Of a DNA stretch of 64,000 nucleotides, positions 8,156-17,729 are shown piece by piece (the first letter of the stretch is position 1; each line of letters starts with the position of its first letter). A model generated the notes under the pieces. The model did no database searches and was not told the DNA's origin. It saw only the letters and a program-made list of their open reading frames with translations. The position numbers and the translations under genes are program-made. The stretch is from assembly GCA_041287395.1 (NCBI GenBank), contig JBEULI010000029.1, positions 4,837-68,836 of the forward strand. Direction: 5' to 3'. This stretch comes from Desulfurococcaceae archaeon (GTDB lineage Archaea > Thermoproteota > Thermoprotei_A > Sulfolobales > Desulfurococcaceae).

Positions 8156-9561
8156 ACATCGGAGGAAAGGAGATAGACTGCGCGCTCAGGTACTCGAGAA
8201 GCGCTCGCTGGTGGCCCTCGAAGGGCATGACCGAGGAGCTTTCGAGGGTCTTGTTCGCCTCGAAGGACTTGGTGGTGTTGGAGCTCCTCGTCTCGGGGCA
8301 GAGGGTCCTGGCACCGTTAGCGCTCAGCAGGGCCCGGCCCGCGCTTCCGGCGAACATGTACGCGGAGTGCGGCGAGCTCTACGTGTACGACCTCGAGTAC
8401 AGCACGCACTTTTTTGAAAGCGTCAGCGAGCTCCCATTCGTCAGCAGGAGGGTCGTGCGCGAGCTGAGGAGCAGGGCAACGGTCGGCGTGACGCCCATAG
8501 CAGCCGGCTCCACCAACGTGCTCGCGATACACGAGCTGGGGGACGGCTCAAAGGTCGTCGTGAAGGGCTACAGGCTCGTCGGGAGGGATAACCCGGAGCC
8601 CGTCATGCTCGAGAGGCTCAGCAGGACGGGCTTCGCGGGCGCCCCCGCGCTCTTCGAGGCGTATGACGTCCGCGGATCGACTGCGTGGGTGATCACCGAG
8701 TTTGTCAAGGGCACATCGGATGGCGGCGCCCCGTTCTACGAGGCCCTCACGAGCCTCCTCAAGGGCGGGTGGGGCAAGGAGTCCTTGAGGCTCTCGACAG
8801 CCTCGCACGTCGGGCTTTTGACGGCTGAGCTGCACGGGGCGCTAAATCCGCCGGGGGAAGCAAATTTCTTCGGCGCGGAGCCGATCGGCCCGGACGACGT
8901 GTACGTGTGGTCAAGGAACATCGATCGCATGCTCTACTCCCTCCTTAAGAGATACGACGAGCTCGCTGGGATCGGACGGTATTCGTTCCTCGACGAGGCC
9001 AGGTCGATCGCGGAGCGGGAGCTCGCGAGGGTTGCGGACGAGGCGGCGCAGGACCTGGAAAAGTTCTCTGGCCTTGTCAAGGCGAGGACCCACGGGGATC
9101 TCCACCTGGCGCAGATGATTTACTTGGAGAATGCCGACGACTTCAAGATCGTCGACTTCGAGGGGGAGCCCGGCAGGATGGGCACAGGGAGCAACAAGGT
9201 GCCGTTGCTAAGGGACGTGGCATGCCTAGTAAGGAGTTTCCACTACCTCTCGATGGCGGCCCTAATGGACACCGCCGGCTACGGCCCCCCCGAGGTTCTA
9301 CGCGTGGTAAAGGGAAGCGATCCCACGGCGATGTGGAGGGACATTCACGTGAGGGCCATGGTCGACACGTACGTCTCCGCGATCAACACGGAATTGGTTG
9401 GGCTTGAGAGGGAGGCGCTCAGGAGTAGAGCGTGGGAGCTGTTGAGGCCCTGGATCGCGGAGAGGCTGATTTACGAGGCCCTTTACGAGGCCCTGTACAG
9501 GCCCGAGTGGATCCCCATCCCCCTGGCAGGGCTCTGGGATCGTGCGCTGAGGCAGCGCTAG
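8152..9561 (+). CDS. mak: maltokinase-like (Mak/Pep2 family) sugar kinase
   Basis: Contains RSARWWPSKG (N-cap-like), GSTNVLAI, VVKGYRLVGRDNPEP, HGDLHLAQMIY, IVDFEGEPG, LLRDVACLVRSFHY and the tail LIYEALYEALYRPEWIPIPL. All of these parallel the diagnostic Mak blocks as I remember them. Confidence 0.8.
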   Translation: MNIGGKEIDCALRYSRSARWWPSKGMTEELSRVLFASKDLVVLELLVSGQRVLAPLALSRARPALPANMYAECGELYVYDLEYSTHFFESVSELPFVSRRVVRELRSRATVGVTPIAAGSTNVLAIHELGDGSKVVVKGYRLVGRDNPEPVMLERLSRTGFAGAPALFEAYDVRGSTAWVITEFVKGTSDGGAPFYEALTSLLKGGWGKESLRLSTASHVGLLTAELHGALNPPGEANFFGAEPIGPDDVYVWSRNIDRMLYSLLKRYDELAGIGRYSFLDEARSIAERELARVADEAAQDLEKFSGLVKARTHGDLHLAQMIYLENADDFKIVDFEGEPGRMGTGSNKVPLLRDVACLVRSFHYLSMAALMDTAGYGPPEVLRVVKGSDPTAMWRDIHVRAMVDTYVSAINTELVGLEREALRSRAWELLRPWIAERLIYEALYEALYRPEWIPIPLAGLWDRALRQR

Positions 9562-9627
9562 GGGACGTGCTCGAGGTTTCAAGGCTTTTTACCGTGGACA
9601 AAACGTAGCATCCTACGGGGCGAAGCG

Positions 9628-11169
9628 TTGACCGACGTGATCTTCTTCTTCGAGGTTCACCAGCCCTATAGGCTCGATAGGAGGGCCTACGAAAAGGTCA
9701 TAGCCCGGGCGCTCCGCGGCAGGCTCGAGCCCAACGACGTAGAGGAAGCAATCCTGGACAACGGCCTCAACAGGGAGGTCCTGGAGCGTGCCAGCAGGAA
9801 GTGCTACTTGCCAGCGAACGCGATATTGCTCGAGGGCATCTCGAAGGACTACGACGGAAAGAGGTTTAAGGTCAGCTTCTCGATCAGCGGCACACTCCTC
9901 GAGCAGGCAAGCAGGTGGATGCCGGAGCTAATCGACTCGTTCGCCAAGCTGGCCTCGAGCGAGAACGTCGAGCTAGTCGAGCAGACGTTCTATCACAGCA
10001 TCGCATCCCTCCTCCCCATTCCAGATCAGGCGGAGTTGGTTGAGCAGATCGGCGAACACCGAAAGATCGTCAAGGAGCTCTTCGGCAGGCTCCCGACGGC
10101 GGTGGAGAACACGGAGTTCATGTACAACAACGACGTCGCGTTGCTCTTCGAGAGGATGGGCTACAGGGTGATACTGACGGAGGGCGTTGACTGGGTCCTA
10201 GGCTGGAGGTCTCCGAACTACGTCTACAGGTCGTTGTTGGGAGAGGCTAGGGTGTTGACCAGGAACTACAGGCTCAGCGACGACGTGGGGTTCAGGTTCA
10301 GCGACAGGAAGTGGGACCAATACCCGCTGACGGCTGACAAGTACGCCTCGTGGCTTGCAGCTACGCCGGGCGACGTCATACTGATAGCAGTGGATTACGA
10401 AACCTTTGGCGAGCACCACTGGCCGGAGAGCGGGATCCACGAGTTCCTCAGGTGGCTGCCGATTGAGGTTTTGAAGCACCCGCACCTTAGCTGTGCAACC
10501 GCGACGGAGGCGGCAGCCAGGAATCCGCCTCGCGACGTCTACGACGTGCCGCCTTGGCGCACGATAAGCTGGGCCGACGAAAGGGACGTGAGCGCGTGGG
10601 CCGGGAATCCTCTTCAGGCAAACGCACTTAGGGCCCTTTACGACCTGTACTGGTACGTCAGGGCCCTCGACGACCCTCGCTACACCAGGCTGTGGAAGCT
10701 GTTGACCACGAGCGATCACTTCTACTACATGGCAACCAAGTTCGGGAGCATCGCAGAGGTCCACACGTACTTCTCGCCGTACAAGAACGCCTCCGAGGCC
10801 TATGCGATCTTTCAGCAGGCCCTCGGCATTCTGTCCCACGCGATCGCAGAGGCAGCGTCGGCCAGGAGGCACAGCTTTTACAGAAGGCTGAGGGTGCCAG
10901 CGGATAGGGCGTTTCACTTCACGTACCTCGATGGCAGGTACACGGGCATAAGCGCCTCCAGCGTGCCAGAGTTCCTCGAGGCCCTCGAAAGGGTTCCTCC
11001 CGAGTCCTTGGTGTACCACTTGAACAGGGGGGACATTGCCGCGTGGTTCGAGTACGTAATGGCCGCCCCCGACGTCTCGGAGGAGTTGAGGGCACTGTCG
11101 CGGGAGAGGCCCAGCGCCGACGAGGCGAGGGAGAAAATCGCGGCCGTCGTTAAAAGGCTAATAGAATAG
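9628..11169 (+). CDS. glycoside hydrolase family 57 (alpha-amylase-like)
   Basis: N-terminal FFFEVHQPYR GH57 signature, then VELVEQTFYHS and DYETFGEHHWPE blocks. Has an extra C-terminal domain (VPEFLEALERVPPESLVYHLNRGDIAAWF). Confidence 0.85.
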   Translation: MTDVIFFFEVHQPYRLDRRAYEKVIARALRGRLEPNDVEEAILDNGLNREVLERASRKCYLPANAILLEGISKDYDGKRFKVSFSISGTLLEQASRWMPELIDSFAKLASSENVELVEQTFYHSIASLLPIPDQAELVEQIGEHRKIVKELFGRLPTAVENTEFMYNNDVALLFERMGYRVILTEGVDWVLGWRSPNYVYRSLLGEARVLTRNYRLSDDVGFRFSDRKWDQYPLTADKYASWLAATPGDVILIAVDYETFGEHHWPESGIHEFLRWLPIEVLKHPHLSCATATEAAARNPPRDVYDVPPWRTISWADERDVSAWAGNPLQANALRALYDLYWYVRALDDPRYTRLWKLLTTSDHFYYMATKFGSIAEVHTYFSPYKNASEAYAIFQQALGILSHAIAEAASARRHSFYRRLRVPADRAFHFTYLDGRYTGISASSVPEFLEALERVPPESLVYHLNRGDIAAWFEYVMAAPDVSEELRALSRERPSADEAREKIAAVVKRLIE

Positions 11170-11182
11170 CCGGGGTCGGCAT

Positions 11183-13099
11183 ATGGCGTTGGCCAACTTC
11201 GTGTTCGCGCTACACTTCCACCAGCCCTACGGCCAGATCAGGGCTGTTAGCGAGGGGATATTTTCGAGGAGCTATGCGCTGCTCATCGAAGTCATGGAAG
11301 AGTACAGCGACCTGGACTTCGTCGTACACGTGAGCGGCCCCCTGTTGCTATACCTGAGGGAGCGGCACCCGGAGTGGCTGGGGTCCCTCAGGAGGCTCGC
11401 AGAGGCCGGGACAGTTGAGTTGTTGTCCGGCACGTTCGGCGAGGCAGTGCTATCGCTCTTCCCGGAGGATGCTGAGAGGCAGATCAAGAGGTACGCCGAG
11501 CTGGCAGAGGAGCTCTTCGGCTTCAGGCCCCGGGGGTTCTGGCTGCCCGAGAGGGTTTGGGAGCCGTGGCTGCCCAAGGTCCTCGCGACTAACGGCATCG
11601 AGTACGTTCTCTTGGACGACTCGCTGCTTACCCGCGCTGGCAAGCCAGAGGAGTTGGCTACACGTGCGTGGCAGACCGAGTACGGCGGCTACACGGTCAA
11701 GGTGCTGTTCATAGACACGAGGCTGAGGTACATATTGCCGTGGAACAGGCCAGAGGAAGTGATCAGCTACATGAGGTCCAGGACCCGCGCGCCCGATAGC
11801 CTGTTCGTCTGGGGCAGCGATGCCGAAAAGTTCGGCGAGTGGGCGGATCCCGGGTGGTCGAGGTGGTGGCTTACCAGCTTCTTGGAACTGCTGAGGAAGG
11901 GCTACGACGTGGCAATGGTTCACGCCAGCAAGTACCTGAAGGAACACGGCGTTGCGGGCCTGCTGTACATGCCCCACGGCAGCTACGACAAGATGCTGGA
12001 GTGGAGCGGGGGGCACTTCCTGAACTTCCTGACAAAGTACCCCGAGGCCAACAACATGCACAAGAAGCTCCTGTGGGTGAGGAGGAAGGCGAGGTCCCTC
12101 GAGGAGTTGCCGAAGGAGCTGCAGGACCTGTACCTCCTGGCCGAGTGCAACGACGCGTACTGGCACGGGCTCTTCGGGGGCGTCTACCTCGCCCACCTGA
12201 GGCAGGCAATTTACGAGGCCTTGATCAAGGTCGAGAGGGAGGCCGAGAGGCTGACCGGCTACTTCGAGGGCAGGCCCTCCAGGCAAGCGCTTGTCGACTT
12301 CGACTTCGACGGCAGGGACGAGCTGCTGCTCGAGACGCCGTCGATCAACCTGTACGCGGACCCTGCCGACGGCGGGACGATCTTCGAACTCGACATCAAG
12401 CGCCCAGGCCTCGAGCACAACCTGCAGGACACAATGACGAGGAGGGCCGAGCCGTACCTAGGGCCCGAGTTCAGGCCGGATTGGTACAGGAGGACCAGCT
12501 TCAGGCTGCACTTCTACGGTGCGGAGACGACGTTGCGGGATTGGATCGACAATGCCCCGTTTAAGGACATGAGCGATCTCGCAACTAAAGAGCACGAGGT
12601 GATCGTCAGGGGTCCCCTTGAGTTTTCGATGAGGACGGTGGGCCACGTCTACGTCTTCGGCCAGAGGGCGCTCGACGTGTTCGTCGACAAGGCGGTCTCC
12701 GTGAAGGAGGACGGGATATCGATGGCGTACACAGTCAGGGGCATTTCCGGATCAGCCGTCTACGGCAAGCTGGGCATCGAGTACCACGTGGCGCCCAAGC
12801 TCGACAGGCACGAGGAAAGGGCGATAAAGTACAGGGTCAACGGCACGGAAAAGGACTACACCGAGTCCTTCGCCGGCTCCGGCAGGGTTGTCGAGGTCCT
12901 GTCGCCGGGCTACCCACCGATCAGGTTGGAGGCGGGTTCCGAGCACGAGGTATGGGTGTCGCCGCTCGAGAGCTACTCGAGGACCGAGAAGGGGCTCAGG
13001 AAGTCGTTCCAGGGAATCGCGGTAATGTTCATGGTCCCAGTCGAAATGGCTCCCGGTCGCTCGGTTGCGGACAAGGTCGAACTATCCGTGGTGGGCTAG
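11183..13099 (+). CDS. GH57 4-alpha-glucanotransferase-like enzyme
   Basis: Contains FALHFHQPYG, HVSGPLLLYL, WLPERVWEP, GSDAEKFGEW, YPEANNMHKK and ECNDAYWHGLFGGVYLAHLR. These closely follow my recollection of the Thermococcus litoralis GH57 4-alpha-glucanotransferase. Confidence 0.85.
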   Translation: MALANFVFALHFHQPYGQIRAVSEGIFSRSYALLIEVMEEYSDLDFVVHVSGPLLLYLRERHPEWLGSLRRLAEAGTVELLSGTFGEAVLSLFPEDAERQIKRYAELAEELFGFRPRGFWLPERVWEPWLPKVLATNGIEYVLLDDSLLTRAGKPEELATRAWQTEYGGYTVKVLFIDTRLRYILPWNRPEEVISYMRSRTRAPDSLFVWGSDAEKFGEWADPGWSRWWLTSFLELLRKGYDVAMVHASKYLKEHGVAGLLYMPHGSYDKMLEWSGGHFLNFLTKYPEANNMHKKLLWVRRKARSLEELPKELQDLYLLAECNDAYWHGLFGGVYLAHLRQAIYEALIKVEREAERLTGYFEGRPSRQALVDFDFDGRDELLLETPSINLYADPADGGTIFELDIKRPGLEHNLQDTMTRRAEPYLGPEFRPDWYRRTSFRLHFYGAETTLRDWIDNAPFKDMSDLATKEHEVIVRGPLEFSMRTVGHVYVFGQRALDVFVDKAVSVKEDGISMAYTVRGISGSAVYGKLGIEYHVAPKLDRHEERAIKYRVNGTEKDYTESFAGSGRVVEVLSPGYPPIRLEAGSEHEVWVSPLESYSRTEKGLRKSFQGIAVMFMVPVEMAPGRSVADKVELSVVG

Positions 13100-14734
13100 G
13101 TGGATCCGGCCGTCCTACCCGCTCGAAAGAACGCCGGCGACGAGGCGGCGCCGAGGGGCACGGAGGGTAGGCCAAAGGTGTGGATGCTCACTTTTGAGTC
13201 AGCCTTCGTCAAGAAAGTTGGCGGCCTCGCCGAGGTGCCCCCGAGGCTGGCCGGAGGGCTGGCCTCAAGGGGCCTCGAGCCGACGATCGTCATGCCGGGC
13301 CACGGCGTCACCAAGGGCTACCAGAGTTCCATGTCAACGGTTCACGGAGTCCTAGGAAGCTACGAGGTCTTCAGGGTCATGGCCGGCGGCGTCGAGCACT
13401 TGCTCATAGCTGGCGGCGTCCTCGACGACGAAGACGTGTACGGCCGCGATGTTGTGTTGCCCAAGGCCATCGCATTTGCCGACGCGGTCAGGTCGTTGGC
13501 GGAGGCCCTGGGCATGCCGGACGTGGTACACGCCAACGATTGGCACAGCGTTCCCTCGTTATTGGCGTTGAACGCGAGGGCGACGTCCGCGGGGCTTCCG
13601 ACGAAGTTCGTCTACCACATACACTTACTGTCCAAGGAGGCGCTCGAGCTCTCAGAGCTCGCCAGGGTCATAGATCCAAACACGGTAATAAGGGGGGTTC
13701 TCGGAGCCAAGAGCCTTGCTGAGTACCACTTGGCGGCGAGGGGCCTAGCCGACAGGCTCGGGGCGCTGGCGAGCGACGTCGTCGTGACCGTTAGCAAGGG
13801 CTATTCCAAGGAGGTTTCTAGGAGGCTCGGCATCAAGTATGGCATCAGGGTCGAGGCGGTGTCCAACGCGGCCACGTGGAGCTGGCTGGACGTGAGCAAC
13901 GCCGTCCTGAAACTCTACCCGGGGTTGAACCCCTTCGAGATCGAGTCCAGGCTCAAGGCCAGGGAGCAGCTGGAGACTAAGGACCTCTGCAAGGCGGTTC
14001 CGGAGGGCCACGAGAGGGCGGCTCCGCTTGCCAGGGAATACGCGCTAGACCTAGCAGCCGATGAATGGCTGAGGTGCTTCGACGAGAGCGGCCCCCTCCT
14101 ATTGATGACTGGCAGGCTCGCTAGGCAGAAGGGCGTGCACGTGCTGTTGAGGGCGCTGCCAAGGCTCATCTCTAGGAGGCCGGACGTCAGGATCCTATTA
14201 GCCCTTATACCTGTCGAGGGCCACGAGGACCTCGCGCTAAAGGTCCTCGAGTCGGCTCTCATCTATCGCGAGAACCTGAAGGTGCTCCTGGGCTACGTCC
14301 CCAGGGAAATTTATATGGTCCTCCACTACGCGGCAGACGCGCTCGTCGCCCCGAGCCTCCAGGAGCCGTTCGGCCTGGTCTCCCTTGAAGCCATGGCTGC
14401 TGGAACGCCGGTCGTGGCCTCCAGCGTAGGCGGCCTCGCGGAGGCCGTGATAGACATCAGGTTGGCAGGCCCCAGTGGGACGGGCCTGCTTGTTGAGCCA
14501 GGCGACGCGGGAGGCCTGGCTACCTCGTTGGCGGACATGGTGAACGTCATGGAGAGCGCCTTCGATGGCGCCAGGGGCCAGGAGATCTCGGAGCCGCGCC
14601 TCAGGAATCTACTCGCGGAGCGCGACGCCGTGCACAGGATCAGGGAGAGCTGCATAAGGCGGGCGCACACGTTCACGTGGGAACGCTCGGCCGAGGTCCT
14701 TGTGAGCTTATACGGCAAGATCATGAGGAGATAG
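13100..14734 (+). CDS. glgA: glycogen (alpha-glucan) synthase, GT-B fold
   Basis: Contains FVKKVGGLAEVP (K-x-G-G-L motif) and a C-terminal GT-B block PSLQEPFGLVSLEAMAAGTPVVAS. The true start may be the internal GTG/ATG near 13175-13184 (MLTFESAF...). Confidence 0.85.
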   Translation: MDPAVLPARKNAGDEAAPRGTEGRPKVWMLTFESAFVKKVGGLAEVPPRLAGGLASRGLEPTIVMPGHGVTKGYQSSMSTVHGVLGSYEVFRVMAGGVEHLLIAGGVLDDEDVYGRDVVLPKAIAFADAVRSLAEALGMPDVVHANDWHSVPSLLALNARATSAGLPTKFVYHIHLLSKEALELSELARVIDPNTVIRGVLGAKSLAEYHLAARGLADRLGALASDVVVTVSKGYSKEVSRRLGIKYGIRVEAVSNAATWSWLDVSNAVLKLYPGLNPFEIESRLKAREQLETKDLCKAVPEGHERAAPLAREYALDLAADEWLRCFDESGPLLLMTGRLARQKGVHVLLRALPRLISRRPDVRILLALIPVEGHEDLALKVLESALIYRENLKVLLGYVPREIYMVLHYAADALVAPSLQEPFGLVSLEAMAAGTPVVASSVGGLAEAVIDIRLAGPSGTGLLVEPGDAGGLATSLADMVNVMESAFDGARGQEISEPRLRNLLAERDAVHRIRESCIRRAHTFTWERSAEVLVSLYGKIMRR

Positions 14735-14743
14735 CTCATGGAC

Positions 14744-14759
14744 AAAAGCGAGCTTTTTT
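14744..14759 (+). terminator. short hairpin plus oligo-T tract after glgA
   Basis: AAAAGC-GA-GCTTTTTT lies immediately downstream of the 14734 stop. Oligo-T is the usual archaeal termination signal. Confidence 0.4.
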
Positions 14760-14794
14760 CCCGGTGAGCCCCGTCTCTCGTTCGGGGCAAGGCT

Positions 14795-16648
14795 GTGGGC
14801 AGCGGCTCTGCTGGCCCCCAAGGCAATTTCAGGGCATACGTCCTTCCGGATAGGCCAGCCTGCGCGCCGGGCCAACGGGTTAACGTGAACGTGGTGCTCG
14901 AGAGCCTCAGCGATAAGGGGCTGCAGACACAGCTGGAGCTTGTCGACCAACGAGGGGAGAGCCTCTGGAGGGAGGCAGTAGGTCTCCAGCCGCTGGGACG
15001 TGCCACGGAATTGGTGAGGCTGACAGCCCCTGACGTTGGCACGTGGTCGCTTAAGTTACTCGCGGACGGTAAACTCGTGGATGAGGCTAAGATCGTCGTT
15101 GCCGAGCCAAGCAATAGGAAGCCCCTTGTAACGCTCTTCGTGTGGCACAACCACCAGGCCCCGAACTACATGCCCAACGGCGTTCTCCACGCCAAGTGGG
15201 CCTTCACCTACGTATACGGAGATATGCTTAGGCCCTACGGCAAGGGCCCCTACTCCCATCATCTGCTCGAGCTGGAGAGGCATCCAAGCTATAGAGCCAC
15301 CTTCAACGTCAGCCCCAGCCTGTTGGCCCAGTGGCTAATGGCCGTCGAGGGGAAGGCGAAGTTCTCCGACGGGACGACGCTGGGAGATTACGAGGTCGAG
15401 CAAGTTCGCAGGGCGCTTGAGGGCTACGAGAGGGCGGCAAAGGCAGGCAGAATAGAGGTGCTCACGAGCCTCTACGCGCACACGATCGCAGGCTTCCTCC
15501 TGGAGCACTTTGGAATGCACGACATCGTGGCGGAGGAGCTGAAGTATGGGGCGGAAATGACCAGCAAGGCCCTCGGGGGCTATAGGGCGAGGGGGGCGTG
15601 GACGCCCGAGATGTCGTTCTCCATGGACCTCGTCGAGATATATCATTCGCACGAGATCGAATACACGGTACTGGACGAGAGGAACCACTTCGCCGGGGCC
15701 AAGGGGGATAAGGGCACTCCCCACGAGCCCTACATCCTCGTCGACAGGGAGAGGGGCGCGCACGTGGTGGTCTTCTTCAGGGACGCCGAGATCAGCAACG
15801 CGCTCAGCTTCGAAAACAACTTCGAGAGCGAGGGCCATGCCTGGAAGGCGGCGTACAACCTCGTCTCGACAATCGTTGCGAGGTGGTTGGACCCCGCGAC
15901 TAGGACGTTGACGATAGCACTTGATGGCGAGAACTGGATGGCATTCTCCAAGAATCCCCCGCTTACGGCGTACTTCTACGACAGGCTCGTAACATATTTG
16001 GAGTCGGCCCAGGACGGAGGGTTCATCAAGCTATCAACGCTGGGCGAGGCGCTAGAAGAGGTCCCGGCCATGAGGGTGTTATACGGAGTCACTTCGACGT
16101 CGTGGCTCGGCGGGTATAGCAAGTGGAGGGGCGAGCGAAAGGAGCATGAGGAAAAGTGGCGCGCGGTGGGCGCGGCCTACAGGAAGGTCAAGGCCTACGA
16201 GGAGTCGTTTGGAGGGGACGAGCTGAGCAGGCGGGCGAGGTGGTCGCTTTGGCATGCCCTCGACAGCGACTACTGGTGGGCCGAGTTCTGGAGCCCTACG
16301 GTTATAGACGCCTGGCTGGCCGATCTCGAGGGCGCAGTGGGCGAGGCGCTGAAGCGCATCGCGTTAGAGGTCTCCCTCGGGGGAATCGACGCAGCTGGGG
16401 CTTACAAGGCGGTGGCAAAAATTCGAAACGACAACGACAAGGAGGCCAGGCTGACGCTGTCAGTGATGACCGATGCGGTGGAAGTAGTTGGTGGAGCTCA
16501 CAGGATCCTAAGGGTTGGACCGCACGCGTCGATCGACGCGGAGCTGGCGATCGAGCCGAGATACGTTGGAAGCCTCGAAGTTCCTATATGCTTGACGTCG
16601 GGCGAGGTTGCCATAGTCTGCAAAAACTTGGCGCTCAGCTCGCCGTAG
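14795..16648 (+). CDS. glycoside hydrolase family 57 protein with ~105-aa N-terminal beta-sandwich-like extension
   Basis: The core starts at LFVWHNHQAPNY (GH57 HQP-type motif), followed by NVSPSLLAQW and ALDGENWM-type blocks. The N-terminal extension has no signal peptide. Confidence 0.75.
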   Translation: MGSGSAGPQGNFRAYVLPDRPACAPGQRVNVNVVLESLSDKGLQTQLELVDQRGESLWREAVGLQPLGRATELVRLTAPDVGTWSLKLLADGKLVDEAKIVVAEPSNRKPLVTLFVWHNHQAPNYMPNGVLHAKWAFTYVYGDMLRPYGKGPYSHHLLELERHPSYRATFNVSPSLLAQWLMAVEGKAKFSDGTTLGDYEVEQVRRALEGYERAAKAGRIEVLTSLYAHTIAGFLLEHFGMHDIVAEELKYGAEMTSKALGGYRARGAWTPEMSFSMDLVEIYHSHEIEYTVLDERNHFAGAKGDKGTPHEPYILVDRERGAHVVVFFRDAEISNALSFENNFESEGHAWKAAYNLVSTIVARWLDPATRTLTIALDGENWMAFSKNPPLTAYFYDRLVTYLESAQDGGFIKLSTLGEALEEVPAMRVLYGVTSTSWLGGYSKWRGERKEHEEKWRAVGAAYRKVKAYEESFGGDELSRRARWSLWHALDSDYWWAEFWSPTVIDAWLADLEGAVGEALKRIALEVSLGGIDAAGAYKAVAKIRNDNDKEARLTLSVMTDAVEVVGGAHRILRVGPHASIDAELAIEPRYVGSLEVPICLTSGEVAIVCKNLALSSP

Positions 16649-16774
16649 TGGCCTCGAGGCGTTCAAGGGACGAGCGCCCGGGTTTTAACGCGAACATGGG
16701 CGGGAAACCTTAAAACTCGCTCCCAAGCCTAGCAAAGTGCACGGGCGCGTTGCTAGCGTGCCGAGGAACGAGAA

Positions 16775-17701
16775 TTGCGTGCAGCGACGATCACGCACTG
16801 GGACCTGGACGGCCTAGTGTCGGCCTCCATAATATGGCGTAAGCTGAAGCCAGTGAAACAAGTGCTGTCCTCAGTGACTGCGCTACCCAGGAAGCTGTAT
16901 GAGATCGTCGAGAGCACTCCCGGCATAAGGGAGCTGTGGATCGCGGACCTGAACCCCCAGCCCGACGAGGTCGAACAGCTGGCTGGAATGTTAGGGGCGA
17001 TTGTGAGGAGGGGGGTGCGAGTGATTTGGGTTGACCACCACGAGTGGTCCGAAGGGGCCTCCAAGCTCGCCGACTCCCTGGGACCGGGGCTAGAAATATA
17101 CTTGGATCGGGACGCCACATCCGCGGAGAGCGTCGCTAGGTTGCTCGGCGTGGCGGGCGATGCGCTGGTCCAGAAGATGATCGAGCTCGCGAGGGACGAC
17201 GATTACATGCTGGGCAAGTACGAGTTGACGAAGGTCTGGAGGCGCGTCCTACGATGGTATGGATGGGAGGTAAGGTACAGGGCGCTGGAATCGCTGAAGC
17301 AGGGGGACATGGCGCCACACTGGCTCGTGGAGCTCTACGAGACAGAGGTGAAGAACGTCTACGAGAACTTGATAAGGGAGGCCATAGCGAGGATGGACAT
17401 AATCAGGAGGGACGGGCACACCATAATAGTGTTCCCGGACGTCGACCCCCGCGTCCATCCCGGCGAGCTCGTGGAGGTGGCGAAGAGCAACGGGCTCTTC
17501 GCGCACGTTTACGTGGCCAGGTACCCCAGAGGGATCAGCCTGAGGAGCGACTACGTTGACGTCTCAGAAATAGCCGTTGGGTTCGGCGGAGGGGGTCACC
17601 AGAGGGCTGCAGGCATCCCCTCATCCGTGCCGCTGGCCAGCCTGGCTGAGAAAATATTCAGGTTGCTCGAGAAGCGCGAAATCGGGGGCCGGCGCGCCTG
17701 A
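16775..17701 (+). CDS. DHH/DHHA1 family phosphoesterase (NrnA-like)
   Basis: Motifs ITHWDLDGLVSA (DHH motif I), IADLN, VDHHEW (DHH) and GGGGHQRAAG (DHHA1). Confidence 0.8.
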   Translation: MRAATITHWDLDGLVSASIIWRKLKPVKQVLSSVTALPRKLYEIVESTPGIRELWIADLNPQPDEVEQLAGMLGAIVRRGVRVIWVDHHEWSEGASKLADSLGPGLEIYLDRDATSAESVARLLGVAGDALVQKMIELARDDDYMLGKYELTKVWRRVLRWYGWEVRYRALESLKQGDMAPHWLVELYETEVKNVYENLIREAIARMDIIRRDGHTIIVFPDVDPRVHPGELVEVAKSNGLFAHVYVARYPRGISLRSDYVDVSEIAVGFGGGGHQRAAGIPSSVPLASLAEKIFRLLEKREIGGRRA

Positions 17702-17729
17702 GCGTTCGCGGGCGTCGCGTTTCAAGGTT

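Noticed and set aside
11450-12418. Long antisense ORFs nested inside well-supported genes. Examples: 11450..12418(-) 322 aa, 10198..11019(-), 6087..6692(-), 40534..41337(-), 49673..50776(-) 367 aa, 52764..53399(-), 62029..62688(-).
   Set aside because: These are typical shadow ORFs of a high-GC genome. Their composition is dominated by Arg/Pro/Gly/Ala or Ser/Thr runs. They have no recognisable motifs, and each lies entirely opposite a gene with strong family signatures.
14326-15150. 274-aa minus-strand ORF spanning the glgA end and the start of the third GH57 gene.
   Set aside because: The translation is low-complexity and Ser/Thr/Leu/Pro-rich. It overlaps two motif-supported plus-strand genes and the oligo-T terminator between them.
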